This document shows, in pieces, positions 8,442 through 18,285 of a DNA stretch of 64,000 bases (position 1 is its first letter; the number at the start of each line of letters is the position of its first letter). The translations under genes and the position numbers were made by a program. The stretch covers positions 1 through 64,000 of IMG/VR virus record IMGVR_UViG_3300044710_000077; one strand, given 5' to 3'. The DNA is from a virus. The notes under the pieces were generated by a model, which did no database searches, had not been told where the DNA came from, and saw only the letters and a list, made by a program, of their open reading frames with translations.

Positions 8442-9719
8442 ATGCACATCGTCGAATTGCGAATTTCCGGTTACGCCCGTATCGTCGCGGTCGAAATCCG
8501 ACCCGACGGCACGCTGGTCCCGATTGTCGGCAAGAACAGCGCCGGGAAAAGCTCGGTCTTGGGCGCCATCTGGACAGCCTTGAAAGGCCGCGCCGTAGCG
8601 CCCGCCGAACCTATACACGACGGCGCCGAACGGGCCGTCATCCGCCTGGATATCGGCGACGCCGTAGTCACCCGCACTTTCGAGCGCGGCAAGCTGGGCG
8701 AACTGACGACCGACCTAAAGGTGGTCGCCGCCGACGGCACCAAGGTCCGCGCCAAGCCCCAGGAATGGATCGACCGCACGCTGGCGGCGACATGCTTTAA
8801 CCCCCTGGAATTCGTCCGCCAGCCGGCCAAGGTGCAATTCGACACCCTGCGGAAATTCGTGCCCGGCATCGATTTCGACGATATCGCCCGCAAGCGGCAA
8901 AAGGCTTACGACGACCGCACCACGTCGAATCATCGGCTGAACGACGCCAAGGTGCAGGCGGAAACGATTATCCTACCGCCCGGACCCGAGCCCGTCGCCG
9001 TCGATACCGCCGACCTAGTCATGAAGCTGGGCGACGCCACAGAGGCCAACAGTGCGCGCAGCGCAACGGTGGCGGAAATTGCCCGGCTGCGAAATGAAGC
9101 CGGCCGGCTGCTGGACGAGGCCGAACAATTACGCGCCCGCGCCAATACTATGGAAAAGCAGGCCGATCAGAAAACGCTGAACGCGACCACGCTGGAAACG
9201 GGACTGCCGGCCGTAATCGACACCGCAGCGATATCGGCGCAACTGGCCAGCGCCCAGACCGTCCAGCAGACCCGCGCAAAATTCGAGGAACGCCGCCGCG
9301 CCTTGGCCGATGTCGACCGTCACAAGGCAACGTCGGACGGCCTGACCCAAGCCATTGCCGACCTGGACAAGCAAAAGGCCGACGCCATCGCTGCCGCCAA
9401 GCTGCCGGTGCCGGGCCTGACGTTCGGCGATGACAACGTGGTGCTGCTCAACGGCGTGCCGCTGGCCCAGGCGGGCACGGCCGAGAAAATCCGAGTCGGC
9501 GTTGCCGTTGGAATGGCCATGAATCCAACATTGCGGGTCATGCTCATTGACGAGGCGAGCGAGCTAGATTCCGAGTCGCTGGCCATGGTCGAGAAAATGG
9601 CCAAGGAACAGGACTTCCAAGTTTGGCTGGCCCGCGTGAATGACGACGGCACCGCGCCCGGTTTCCAGATTGTCGACGGCCGGGTGGCCGGCCAGACCAC
9701 TATAGGGGGCACAGAATGA
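8442..9719 (+). CDS. SMC/Rad50-like ATPase (AAA_23 type)
   Basis: Walker A GKNSAGKSS, long central coiled coil, signature-like AGTAEK, Walker B MLIDE. Confidence 0.85.
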   Translation: MHIVELRISGYARIVAVEIRPDGTLVPIVGKNSAGKSSVLGAIWTALKGRAVAPAEPIHDGAERAVIRLDIGDAVVTRTFERGKLGELTTDLKVVAADGTKVRAKPQEWIDRTLAATCFNPLEFVRQPAKVQFDTLRKFVPGIDFDDIARKRQKAYDDRTTSNHRLNDAKVQAETIILPPGPEPVAVDTADLVMKLGDATEANSARSATVAEIARLRNEAGRLLDEAEQLRARANTMEKQADQKTLNATTLETGLPAVIDTAAISAQLASAQTVQQTRAKFEERRRALADVDRHKATSDGLTQAIADLDKQKADAIAAAKLPVPGLTFGDDNVVLLNGVPLAQAGTAEKIRVGVAVGMAMNPTLRVMLIDEASELDSESLAMVEKMAKEQDFQVWLARVNDDGTAPGFQIVDGRVAGQTTIGGTE

Positions 9720-9901
9720 CCGCGCTCATGAACGCCGGTTATGCTGCTAGCGTCGCCATGATGGTCGCCGCCTTGGCGTGGTCGATAATCGGCCAATCGC
9801 TAGGCTACAGTTGCCCACGTGCAATCACATGGTTCGGAATTCTGGCCGCCATCGGCGTTATTGCCGGGGTGGCTTTTTACGTATTGGAGGGGACACAATG
9901 A
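9716..9901 (+). CDS. small two-TM membrane protein
   Basis: Hydrophobic; ATGA overlaps at both ends. Confidence 0.6.
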   Translation: MTALMNAGYAASVAMMVAALAWSIIGQSLGYSCPRAITWFGILAAIGVIAGVAFYVLEGTQ

Positions 9902-10647
9902 CCGACCCGACAGACGCGCGCATGACGCGCGGGCAAGTTATTATCATTGTCGTTCTCGGCTGCGTATTGACCGGCGCAGCGCTGGCAATCGGGAAATGGA
10001 GCTTTGACCATCCCGACACGGTTTCGCTCTTTCATCCGCCGGCGCCGACGGACAACGCGGACGACAAAGTGCTGCCGTCGTGGTGGATTCCCCGCCTGCC
10101 GGGGTCCGAAAATCAACGCATGATGCCGGCCGAATGCGGCCAGGTCGGCCCCACCGGCGCGCTGCACCGTATTGAGTGCCCGCCGACCGCCGACGAAATC
10201 GCGATCTCCCGGCAGGTCTTAAATCAACTGGCCAACCACGACACGCAAATGCGCGAGGAACGCGACAGGGCCCTGGCCAGAGTCGACCAGCAAAGCTCCA
10301 TTATTGATACCTTGCTGCGCAACAACCACGACGCCATAGTCGGCTGGCGGGCCGAACAGGACCGCGCCGACGCCTACCAGGCCGCTATCGGCACACTGTT
10401 GTCCACCCAAAATAATGGAGTCGACCATGGACGCGACCAACGCCAGCGAGGTCATCGCGGCAATCGACCGCATCATAAACGACAGCGGATGCCTAGTCGT
10501 GATTGTCGACACGACTGGGCGGAAAACTGGTTTACCCCGCGGCCATTCTATACTGACCGCCCGAGCCGATATCGTCATAGAATACAGCGGCGGCGCGTTC
10601 CGCATCACAAAGCGAAAAGATGGATGAAAAATGCCAAGCCGTGGTAA
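9898..10647 (+). CDS. membrane-anchored coiled-coil protein (C-terminus overlaps the next gene)
   Basis: GGAGG SD, N-terminal TM segment, coiled coil; the last ~70 aa look like read-through. Confidence 0.55.
   Translation: MTDPTDARMTRGQVIIIVVLGCVLTGAALAIGKWSFDHPDTVSLFHPPAPTDNADDKVLPSWWIPRLPGSENQRMMPAECGQVGPTGALHRIECPPTADEIAISRQVLNQLANHDTQMREERDRALARVDQQSSIIDTLLRNNHDAIVGWRAEQDRADAYQAAIGTLLSTQNNGVDHGRDQRQRGHRGNRPHHKRQRMPSRDCRHDWAENWFTPRPFYTDRPSRYRHRIQRRRVPHHKAKRWMKNAKPW
10427..10627 (+). CDS. hypothetical protein
   Basis: GGAG SD before the ATG at 10427. Confidence 0.5.
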   Translation: MDATNASEVIAAIDRIINDSGCLVVIVDTTGRKTGLPRGHSILTARADIVIEYSGGAFRITKRKDG

Positions 10648-10903
10648 TTGCATAATCCGCGACAAAACGAACGGCCGCATCCTCGGCACGACAAAACAGC
10701 CGCGGCCAGTTACGCTATGCGATTGCGGCAACCATGCTTTTACCGCAACGGTGCGTTGGGGTGTGACGCTGGTGTCGCCAGCAGATGCTGACCTTTTGCG
10801 CGGGTCATCGTTCCATTTACGTATCGACGGCCGAAATGCCTACGCAATCAAAAAAATAGGCCGCAAAAATAAGCCGCTTCATCAATTGAGGGCTTTGCTA
10901 TGA
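10631..10903 (+). pseudogene. probable truncated HNH-type endonuclease (N-terminal part only)
   Basis: VTLVSPADADLL...AYAIKK...PLHQ resembles the N-terminus of HNH-AP2 endonucleases; no catalytic core; AT-rich. Confidence 0.4.
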
Positions 10904-11901
10904 AGGATGACGTTGCTGGGACGCAAAAGCCAATCGTTCATAGTCCGGGATTGTATTTTGGTCTCGATGAAAACGCTTATTTCGCCGATTTAGCATTGGG
11001 GTCAGGCGATATGCGGGCCTTAGTTAAGGAAGGCCCCGCCGGATTTTGGTGGGGTAGCGGTTATAACCCGAACCGCAAGGACGACGACGACAAACCATCG
11101 CTGACCCTTGGCAAAGCAATTCACAAACTGGTTCTTGAGGGGGAGCAGGCGTTCGACGAATTATATATGCGCAGCCCCCATTCGGAGGAAATGACTGGCC
11201 CCGAAAAGTCCGCGGCTACCAAAGACCTAAAGGCACGCTTAAAGGCCGCCGACCGGGAACATATCACGGTCCTGCCGGGCGACGCTTACGACCGGGCCGT
11301 AATTGCGTCTGCCATGATCGTAAAGAACCCCGGCCTGCGCACGGCTTTTCAGAATGGCGCACCTGAGGTCTCGGTATTCTGGACGCGCGGCGACGGGATA
11401 CGGCGCAAGGCACGCATCGATTATTTGAAAGCTAGGGGCGTCGGCGACCTGAAATCGGCGTCGAATTTCAAACGCATCGAATTCCCGCGCGCGTGCCGGG
11501 AAGCGATAGCGAATATGCGCTACGAAATCCAGGCGGCGCATTATCTCGAAGCCCGCGCCATGATCCCGCGGCTGGTCGCCGACGGGCTTGTGTTCGGCGA
11601 TTACGACCCGGACCTGTTGGAAGCCGTGTGCGGCGAGCGTCGATTCGCGTTCCAGTTCGTGTTTTTCGCCACCACCGGCGCGCCGGTGTCCTGGTCGTGC
11701 ATCCTGTCGCCGACGCCGGACCCCAACCAGCCGCAGAACCCGATTCTGGACGTCGCCATGCGGGAAATCGACCGGGCTACAGATTTGTTCACCAAGGCCA
11801 TGATTCATTTTGGCCCTGACACTATGTGGACCGACAACAGCCCGCCCGGCGAATTGCATCTGACAGATTTACCGCCCTGGTGGTCGAGGCCGGCGACATA
11901 A
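10900..11901 (+). CDS. RecE/exonuclease VIII-like PD-(D/E)XK nuclease (DUF3799-like)
   Basis: LGKAIHKLVLE, PEVSVFW, KARIDYL, DLKS and Y.IQAAHY motifs. Confidence 0.88.
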   Translation: MKDDVAGTQKPIVHSPGLYFGLDENAYFADLALGSGDMRALVKEGPAGFWWGSGYNPNRKDDDDKPSLTLGKAIHKLVLEGEQAFDELYMRSPHSEEMTGPEKSAATKDLKARLKAADREHITVLPGDAYDRAVIASAMIVKNPGLRTAFQNGAPEVSVFWTRGDGIRRKARIDYLKARGVGDLKSASNFKRIEFPRACREAIANMRYEIQAAHYLEARAMIPRLVADGLVFGDYDPDLLEAVCGERRFAFQFVFFATTGAPVSWSCILSPTPDPNQPQNPILDVAMREIDRATDLFTKAMIHFGPDTMWTDNSPPGELHLTDLPPWWSRPAT

Positions 11902-12089
11902 TGGACAGGCGCGCGCCATTGGAATTCGAGCCTTTCCCGCCGGAAAAGCAAAACTGGCGGCTCGCGTTTTACTCCGGTATTGCAATATTCGGCCTTGGAT
12001 TATTTATCCTCGGCGTTAGTCTAGGAATTCGTTGGTGCGAATTCGAGCACCATCACAGCCAACCGACGGAGTCGACCAATGAACGATAA
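11901..12089 (+). CDS. small membrane protein
   Basis: TAATG coupling to the upstream gene; single TM segment. Confidence 0.55.
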   Translation: MDRRAPLEFEPFPPEKQNWRLAFYSGIAIFGLGLFILGVSLGIRWCEFEHHHSQPTESTNER

Positions 12090-13524
12090 TTCCCGCAGCC
12101 CCGACGGCCGCCCCGAACCGCCGCCGCACGGCGCGCCCGAACAGCCACGGCATCCGCCGCAGGTCGTGGGTCCGCTGGACGCGCTGAAAGAGCCGACGCT
12201 GGCCGTCGACTTGGCCGCCCTTGACCTGGACCGGGCAATTGCCACGGCCCATAAATTCCCGCGCCAAATCGACACCATTGTCCGCAAGATCGAACAGATG
12301 GCGCTGTACGATGAAGCGGCGGCCGAACGCTGTATTTACATGCTGCCGCGCGCCGGCAAGGCTATCGTCGGCCCCAGCATCGGCTTCGCCAATATCCTGG
12401 CCAACGCCTGGGGCAACTGCCGCGACCGCGGCGAATGGATACGAACCGACCGGCACGAAAAGGTGGTCGTCTGTGAAGGCGTTTTTTTGGACCTGGAAAC
12501 GAACCGGACGACCTATTCGCCGTCGGTGCGCCGAATCAGCAACAGCAGCGGCCAGCTTTACAACCCCGACATGATCGCGGTCACGGCCCAAGCCGGATCG
12601 TCGATTGGCCGGCGCAACGCGATTCTGAACGCCGTGCCGGCGCCGCTGTGGCGGCCGACCTATGAAAAGGCCCTCATGATCGTGCGCGGCACGCTGGAAA
12701 CCCTGGCCGACCGCCGCGGCAAGATGGTCGCCGCCTTTGCCGGGTTCGGCGTCGACCCCAAGCGGGTATTCATGGCGCTGGGGGTCCGCGAGGAAAAGGA
12801 AATCACGCTGGACCATATTATCGTGCTGCGGGGCATGTTCGAGGCCCTGCGGGACCAGTCGATTACGCCCGAGGAAATGTTCGACCCGCGTAAGATGGTC
12901 GGGGCGGAATTCGACAAGGTCGAGAATCCGATGGCCGACGATGACGAAACCGACGAGACGGCCGGCATGGGGCAGGCGGGCGGCGGTCAGCCGCAAACGG
13001 CAGCGCAGCCGACGCCAGCCGCGCAGCCACAGGCTGGCGCGTCCGCGCCGCAGCAACAGACCGGGCCAAAGGAACCAGCACCAGCGGCCACGGCTGGCGC
13101 GACAGAGGCCCCGCAGCCAAAGCGCAAAGCTGGTCGGCCTAGCAACGCGGAAAAGGCGGCCAAGGCAGCCGCCGCCGGCGAACCGGCAAAATCTAACGCC
13201 CAGCCGGCAGGAACCGACGCCCAGCCGCAGAATCCGCCAGCGCCGCAACAGCAGCCCCCACCGGCGCAACAAACCGCACCCGCCGCGCAACAGCCCAAGC
13301 CGGCCGAACCGCCGCCAACGGCACCTAAGCCGCGCGACACCCCCGGCTATGAAAAGCACCTGACGGCATGGCTCGCCACGTGCACCAGCCCGTCGGAAGT
13401 CGAGGACCGCTGGCGCCACAAGGATGAACGCGACCTGCGGGGCAATTGCGGCATCATCGAAGATGACTTTGAGCGCATGAAGCGGCTAAAGGACGACCGT
13501 ATCGCTGAACTGAAAAGGGCATAA
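12079..13524 (+). CDS. putative single-strand annealing/recombination protein with a P/Q/A-rich linker
   Basis: IATAHKFPR...CIYMLPRAGKAIVGPSIGFA..LANAWGN phage motif; function inferred from position after the RecE-like gene. Confidence 0.6.
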   Translation: MNDNSRSPDGRPEPPPHGAPEQPRHPPQVVGPLDALKEPTLAVDLAALDLDRAIATAHKFPRQIDTIVRKIEQMALYDEAAAERCIYMLPRAGKAIVGPSIGFANILANAWGNCRDRGEWIRTDRHEKVVVCEGVFLDLETNRTTYSPSVRRISNSSGQLYNPDMIAVTAQAGSSIGRRNAILNAVPAPLWRPTYEKALMIVRGTLETLADRRGKMVAAFAGFGVDPKRVFMALGVREEKEITLDHIIVLRGMFEALRDQSITPEEMFDPRKMVGAEFDKVENPMADDDETDETAGMGQAGGGQPQTAAQPTPAAQPQAGASAPQQQTGPKEPAPAATAGATEAPQPKRKAGRPSNAEKAAKAAAAGEPAKSNAQPAGTDAQPQNPPAPQQQPPPAQQTAPAAQQPKPAEPPPTAPKPRDTPGYEKHLTAWLATCTSPSEVEDRWRHKDERDLRGNCGIIEDDFERMKRLKDDRIAELKRA

Positions 13525-13529
13525 CGCAA

Positions 13530-13748
13530 ATGGACGTCTGCACATTGATCGTACAGTTAACGATAACGCTGCAAGGCTGCGCGTCGGCGCCATATTGTGC
13601 GACGTATGATACCAACCCAGGCGTAAAGATTTGCCACCCGGCTGTTCCGACTGCCTGCCCGACGCCACAGGAACAATATGATTGCGTCCGCCCTGACGGC
13701 GCGCATTATATCCGCAACCGCGACGAATTAAACCTGCCCAAAGGTTGA
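13530..13748 (+). CDS. small Cys-rich protein, possible lipoprotein
   Basis: Hydrophobic N-terminus ending in lipobox-like LQGC; several Cys. Confidence 0.45.
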   Translation: MDVCTLIVQLTITLQGCASAPYCATYDTNPGVKICHPAVPTACPTPQEQYDCVRPDGAHYIRNRDELNLPKG

Positions 13749-13764
13749 CGGGGAACCCAGTGCG

Positions 13765-14574
13765 ATGAATGAGCCCGACCTGACGGTGCGCGTGGTCGAC
13801 TTTGAAACCACCGGGCTGCCGCCCCAGCCCTGCGCGGTCTGTGAGGCGGCCTATGTGGACCTGGTGTCGCGCACCGGCAACGTCTGGTCCCGCGGCGCCG
13901 TCTGGTCGTCACTGGTGAACCCCCAGGCGCCTATCGACGTCGAAGCCATGGCGACTCACCACATTACGGACGAAATGGTCGCCAACGCGCCGACCTGGGA
14001 CCAGGTCATGCCGACGCTGCTGGAACGCCAGCCAATCGGCGAAACCCGAATTACGATATTCGCCGCGCACCACGCCGCATTTGAGCGAGCCCTGTTCGAC
14101 CCGCCGGGCGCCATATGGGTCGACACGTACAAAAACGCGATCACGCTGTGGCCAGACGCGCCAAGCCACAAGAATCAGGTTTTAAGATATTGGCTGGGGC
14201 TCAAGCTGACGGCCAACCTGGAAGGCTACCCGGTGTTGCCGCACCGCGCCTTAGGCGACGCCTACGTGTCCGCCGGCATCCTGCGCCGGCAGTTCATCGA
14301 AGGGCTAGCCCTGGCCGACATGGTGAAGATCGCGGCGAATCCGGTGTTGCTGCCGAGGTTTCACTTTGGGGAACACGCCGGTAAGCTGCTGTCGGATATT
14401 CCGACCGGATATTTTGAGTGGATCGTGAACAAGTCGCGCGGCCCATGGGACCCTGACGTGCTTTACACCGCGCAGTCAATTCTGGACGTCCGCAGGATGA
14501 CGGAATTAAAGCGCAGCCCGGTCGACCCGACCGCAGTTGCCGCTGCGCAAGCCGACGCGGAACGCAAGCCATGA
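13765..14574 (+). CDS. DEDDh 3'-5' exonuclease (exonuclease X/DnaQ-like)
   Basis: VVDFETTG, AHHAAFE, HRALGDA motifs; C-terminal FGEHAG..LSDIPTGY domain. Confidence 0.9.
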   Translation: MNEPDLTVRVVDFETTGLPPQPCAVCEAAYVDLVSRTGNVWSRGAVWSSLVNPQAPIDVEAMATHHITDEMVANAPTWDQVMPTLLERQPIGETRITIFAAHHAAFERALFDPPGAIWVDTYKNAITLWPDAPSHKNQVLRYWLGLKLTANLEGYPVLPHRALGDAYVSAGILRRQFIEGLALADMVKIAANPVLLPRFHFGEHAGKLLSDIPTGYFEWIVNKSRGPWDPDVLYTAQSILDVRRMTELKRSPVDPTAVAAAQADAERKP

Positions 14575-15056
14575 CGAAATTCGCAATCGACACCGACGTC
14601 CCGGTCGAGCGGTCGCGCATGGAAATCGAGGCGACGCTGGCGCGCTATGGCGCCGACAGATTTGCCTATTTCAGCGAAAAGACCCGCGCTATTATCGTTT
14701 TCGAGGCCAAGGAACGCCGGCTGAAATTTGAACTGCCGCTGCCGCAGATAACCGACCACGAGGTCACCCATGGCGGCGGCGAACACAGGCAAAAGCGGCG
14801 CAACGCCAGCACGGACCTGCACGCCGTAGCCGCGCAGCTTGCACGCGCCCGCTGGCGCGGGTTGCTCCTGTGCATCAAGGCCAAATTGGAAGCCGTCGAA
14901 AGCGGAATCGAGTCGTTCGAGGACGCATTTCTTGCCCACGTGGTTTTGCCGGACGGCAGCACCGTCGGCCAGCACGTCAGTCCGGCAATCGCACGGACCT
15001 ATGCGACCGGCACCATGCAGCCGCTGCTGCCGTCCCCGAAACCGTCTGTGGATTAA
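14571..15056 (+). CDS. conserved phage hypothetical protein
   Basis: VPVERSRMEIE...RWRGLLLCIKAKLEAVESGIESFEDAFLAH phage-type motif. Confidence 0.8.
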   Translation: MTKFAIDTDVPVERSRMEIEATLARYGADRFAYFSEKTRAIIVFEAKERRLKFELPLPQITDHEVTHGGGEHRQKRRNASTDLHAVAAQLARARWRGLLLCIKAKLEAVESGIESFEDAFLAHVVLPDGSTVGQHVSPAIARTYATGTMQPLLPSPKPSVD

Positions 15057-15125
15057 CCGCGGCCTCCAATTTGCCGCGCGCCGCTGACGTGCTATCGAAA
15101 ACGTGCCAACCGATGGAGAACGACA

Positions 15126-15629
15126 ATGGTAAAATCGCTAGATGACATGGCGGCCGATGCGACTGTGGCCGACTGGGCGCGTGTGCCAAAAAACGACATT
15201 ATCGCGCGCGTCATGAACTTGGAGAATATGCTGGCCGAGCGAATCCGAGTCGACTCGGCCTTGATGGCAGAGCGCGCCGAATTGACCGAAAAGCTGGAAA
15301 ACACGACCATGATGCTGACCGTGCGCAGCACCGAACTGGACCGCAGCCAGAAAATCGCCGCGGAAATGTCGGCGACCGTTGCCAAGCAACGCGACGAAAT
15401 CCGCGACTGCAGTGCCGAAATCAACGTCGGGCGCAAAAATATCAACGAACTGAAAACGCGACTGCACACGTCCGAAATACAAGCGGCCAACCTGCGCGGG
15501 CAACTGGATCGGGTCGCGGCGACCGATAAGCACCGACTGACGCTTGCCGGCGCGCGCCAGGAATGCGAATCATACGCCTACGCTGCCGCCGAAAACGCAA
15601 AGGCGACCAGCGACTGGGTCACGTTCTGA
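15126..15629 (+). CDS. coiled-coil hypothetical protein
   Basis: GGAGA SD; heptad pattern. Confidence 0.7.
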   Translation: MVKSLDDMAADATVADWARVPKNDIIARVMNLENMLAERIRVDSALMAERAELTEKLENTTMMLTVRSTELDRSQKIAAEMSATVAKQRDEIRDCSAEINVGRKNINELKTRLHTSEIQAANLRGQLDRVAATDKHRLTLAGARQECESYAYAAAENAKATSDWVTF

Positions 15630-15630
15630 T

Positions 15631-15768
15631 ATGGCCAAAAAGGTCACCGCGCCGCTGTGCGCCCACTGTCGGCGTCCGGCGGTGCTGGTCACCGGCGCCG
15701 ACGTGTACGGCCCCACGCGTCCCGACCTAGCGGACTGCGAATTCGTAAAGTGGGACGACAATGGCTGA
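15631..15768 (+). pseudogene. truncated zinc-finger protein (DUF3268-like N-terminus)
   Basis: CAHC...LVTGADVYG..RPDL followed by an early stop (45 aa). Confidence 0.45.
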
Positions 15769-16630
15769 CACCACGAATATCGCATGGGCCGACGCAACTT
15801 TTAATCCCTTTATCGGATGCACAAAAGTCAGCACCGGCCCGCTCGGCGCGTGTACCAATTGCTACGCCGAGGCATGGGATATCCGGTTCAAGGGCAACCA
15901 CTGGGGCCCCGGCGCGCCGCGCCGGCGGACGTCGATGTCGAACTGGAAAAAGCCAGTTCACTGGAATCGCGACGCTATCGCCGCCGGCACTCGCCCGCGG
16001 GTCATGTGCGGGTCGCTATGCGACGTGTTCGATAACGAAGTCCCGCAGGCGTGGCGCTTCGACCTGTGGAACGTGATACGCGCCACGCCACGGCTGCGCT
16101 GGATGCTGATAACGAAGCGCATAGGCAACGCACCCGACATGCTGCCGCCGGACTGGACGTCCGGCGCTTTCGCCCACGTCGGGATTATCGCCTCAACCGT
16201 TACCCAAGACGAAATAGACCGCGACGCGCCCAAGCTGTTCAAGGTGCCCGCCGCATGGTGGGGCTTTTCGGTTGAGCCGCAAATGGGGGCGATTACGCTG
16301 CCCCAGTGCGTCGTCGACCAAGCGCGCGATTTCCCCGGCCGGGTCTGGGCTATCAGCGGCGGGGAAAGCTACCAGCCAATATTTCACAAGTCCCGCGCCG
16401 ACGTCCGCGGCTACAATCTGAAATGGGCGTTTTCGCTCAAGGCCCAATGCGCCCTGGCCGGCATCGCCTATTTTCAAAAGCAACTGGGGGCGCGGCCGTA
16501 TTTCCCCAGCCCGCCGCCGCTGGGCGGCCAGGTCGCCTATGTCTGCGAACGCGACGACCACGCCGGCGCCGACCCCGCAGACTGGCCTGAACCGCTGCGC
16601 GTGCAGCAATTCCCGGGACCGCTCAAATGA
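15761..16630 (+). CDS. DUF5131 (Gp37/Gp68) radical-SAM-like protein
   Basis: T.IAWADATFNPFIGCTKVS....CTNCYA, SLCDVF, LITKR, SVEP and SGGES motifs. Confidence 0.92.
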   Translation: MADTTNIAWADATFNPFIGCTKVSTGPLGACTNCYAEAWDIRFKGNHWGPGAPRRRTSMSNWKKPVHWNRDAIAAGTRPRVMCGSLCDVFDNEVPQAWRFDLWNVIRATPRLRWMLITKRIGNAPDMLPPDWTSGAFAHVGIIASTVTQDEIDRDAPKLFKVPAAWWGFSVEPQMGAITLPQCVVDQARDFPGRVWAISGGESYQPIFHKSRADVRGYNLKWAFSLKAQCALAGIAYFQKQLGARPYFPSPPPLGGQVAYVCERDDHAGADPADWPEPLRVQQFPGPLK

Positions 16631-17028
16631 CCGACAAAAGCTGCCTACTGACGCCCGACGACGCGCGCAAGCAAACCTGCCCGCTAATCCGGTGGTGCGT
16701 TAACCAGGACGCCGTAATGCAAGACGGCCGGTCGGCGATACACGAACACCAGGCATGCCAGGGCCCCGACTGCCGCATCGGATGGCGCTGGGGGGAGGAA
16801 TCCGGCCAGGTTATCGGCATCGCATTCGACGAAACGGTGGTCGTGTGCCCGCCGACCATAGCTGGGGAACGCGGAGAGGACGCGCCGAAAACGCACCGGC
16901 TGATTCACACAGAGGCTAGGGATTTCGACGACGGCAAGCCGGCCCTGCGCGGCAGCTATGTCCGCGACCTGGAACTGCACCCGCGCCGCGGCTACTGCGG
17001 CGCTTTTGGCAACCCCAGGCGCGGCTAG
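16627..17028 (+). CDS. hypothetical Cys-containing phage protein
   Basis: TPDDAR...CP...C....C..WRW...RGYCG pattern. Confidence 0.7.
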   Translation: MTDKSCLLTPDDARKQTCPLIRWCVNQDAVMQDGRSAIHEHQACQGPDCRIGWRWGEESGQVIGIAFDETVVVCPPTIAGERGEDAPKTHRLIHTEARDFDDGKPALRGSYVRDLELHPRRGYCGAFGNPRRG

Positions 17029-17489
17029 CCGCGCGGATTGACGATTACCGCCCCAGCCAGCGAACGCTTATGCACGCGGGTCAGATAATCGACCATTTTT
17101 ATTAGGATCGTTGGGTCGTGTTTGACCATGCCCAGGGTCATATTGCACCTGTTGCATAGCCATCCCCGGAATATCCCGGTTTCGTGGCAATGGTCGAAAT
17201 GGAGTTGCGTCCCATTTGGCGACGTCCCGCCGCAAATTTCGCAGCCGTCAGGTCGCGGCCTGGTCGGAATCTCGGCAACAACCCCAGGCGCACATTTCGC
17301 GCGCCGCAGAATTACGTCTGGCTTTGAACGATATATTTTGCGGGCCTCTTTAAGCCGGTCCTTGTGTTTCAGGCGATAGGTCGCCGACTTGACCCGGGCG
17401 CGCTCCCTGTTCCCGGGCTTCGCCCTGTAGATCGCCTGTTGTCTTTTGTCTCTAATCGCCTGTTCTGGCGAAAGATGCTTGCGCGGCAT
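17025..17489 (-). CDS. endonuclease VII-family homing endonuclease
   Basis: CEICG...HFDHCHETGIFRGWLCNRCNMTLG. Confidence 0.88.
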   Translation of the reverse strand: MPRKHLSPEQAIRDKRQQAIYRAKPGNRERARVKSATYRLKHKDRLKEARKIYRSKPDVILRRAKCAPGVVAEIPTRPRPDGCEICGGTSPNGTQLHFDHCHETGIFRGWLCNRCNMTLGMVKHDPTILIKMVDYLTRVHKRSLAGAVIVNPRG

Positions 17490-17491
17490 GG

Positions 17492-17848
17492 TCAATGTGG
17501 GTTCACGATTATTGCGCCGGCGATGGAGCGGCTATGTATGCGCGTGCGATGATTCCCGGAATTTGGGTCGTAGAGCGTCGCCAGGCCGTCGCCGTCGACG
17601 CTGATAATGCCGGCGACGTGCCCGGGCCAGACGGCGACCATGCCATGACCGGCCTGGGCCCGCGGGTAGCGCAGCCAGGCGCGCGCGGGGAATAATTCCG
17701 GCACCGGGTGGCCGAACACCCAGACGCTTACCCCGCAGCCGCAGAACAGCGTGCGGGGGCATCCTGACGGGTTCGGGACAACACCGTCGGCGCCAGGCGG
17801 CACAAGCGCCATGAACGCCGACGTGATGTAGGCGACGACCTTGTCCAC
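17492..17848 (-). CDS. putative CHAP-like Cys/His cell-wall peptidase
   Basis: FCGCG, A..W, GMVAVWPGHVA and YDPNSG motifs; start uncertain (GTG at 17848). Confidence 0.6.
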   Translation of the reverse strand: MDKVVAYITSAFMALVPPGADGVVPNPSGCPRTLFCGCGVSVWVFGHPVPELFPARAWLRYPRAQAGHGMVAVWPGHVAGIISVDGDGLATLYDPNSGNHRTRIHSRSIAGAIIVNPH

Positions 17849-17849
17849 C

Positions 17850-18173
17850 TTACAGGCTGGCCGTGTCGCGCAGGCGGTGGATGGCGCTTTCAACCTGGTG
17901 GGGCTTTTCCGGCGCCCCGGTCGTGGCTGCGCGGTGTTCGCCTACGGTCGCGCGGATTATTCGCATGGCGCCGCGTGACTGGTCTATTTCCCGGGCATAT
18001 TCGTCGGCGATACGGCAAGCGTTATCCAGCTTGCGGCGCAGGTTTTCGTTTTCTGCCGTGACCGACTTGTAGGCGATATCGCGGGCCTCCACCGCGGCCG
18101 TCAGTTCGGCCACCTTGTCCTCAAGGTCTGTGACATAGCGGTGATATGAATTGCCGACGTCGTTGGCAGCCAT
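17850..18173 (-). CDS. coiled-coil hypothetical protein
   Basis: GGAGG SD; heptads. Confidence 0.65.
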   Translation of the reverse strand: MAANDVGNSYHRYVTDLEDKVAELTAAVEARDIAYKSVTAENENLRRKLDNACRIADEYAREIDQSRGAMRIIRATVGEHRAATTGAPEKPHQVESAIHRLRDTASL

Positions 18174-18285
18174 GATTCCCTCCACGCGGCTCCAGCGCCG
18201 CCGGCCGGCAATTTACCGGGACGGAGCACGACATGGCAAGTGGAGGGGATTGGTGCCCGGAACGAGTAGCCGCCGGGCGCCGGCC

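Noticed and set aside
12950-13340. CAGCCG-rich quasi-repeats
   Set aside because: They encode the P/Q/A linker of 12079..13524; no regular repeat-spacer structure, so not CRISPR
12016-13419. Long antisense and alternative-frame ORFs (e.g. 12016..13419, 46890..48023, 49843..51555)
   Set aside because: Shadows of real genes in high-GC DNA; Arg/Gly/Ala-rich with no motifs
7591-15085. TTGCCGCGCGC seen at 7591 and 15071 as a possible shared promoter -35 element
   Set aside because: Only two copies, GC-rich, and the -10 regions do not match
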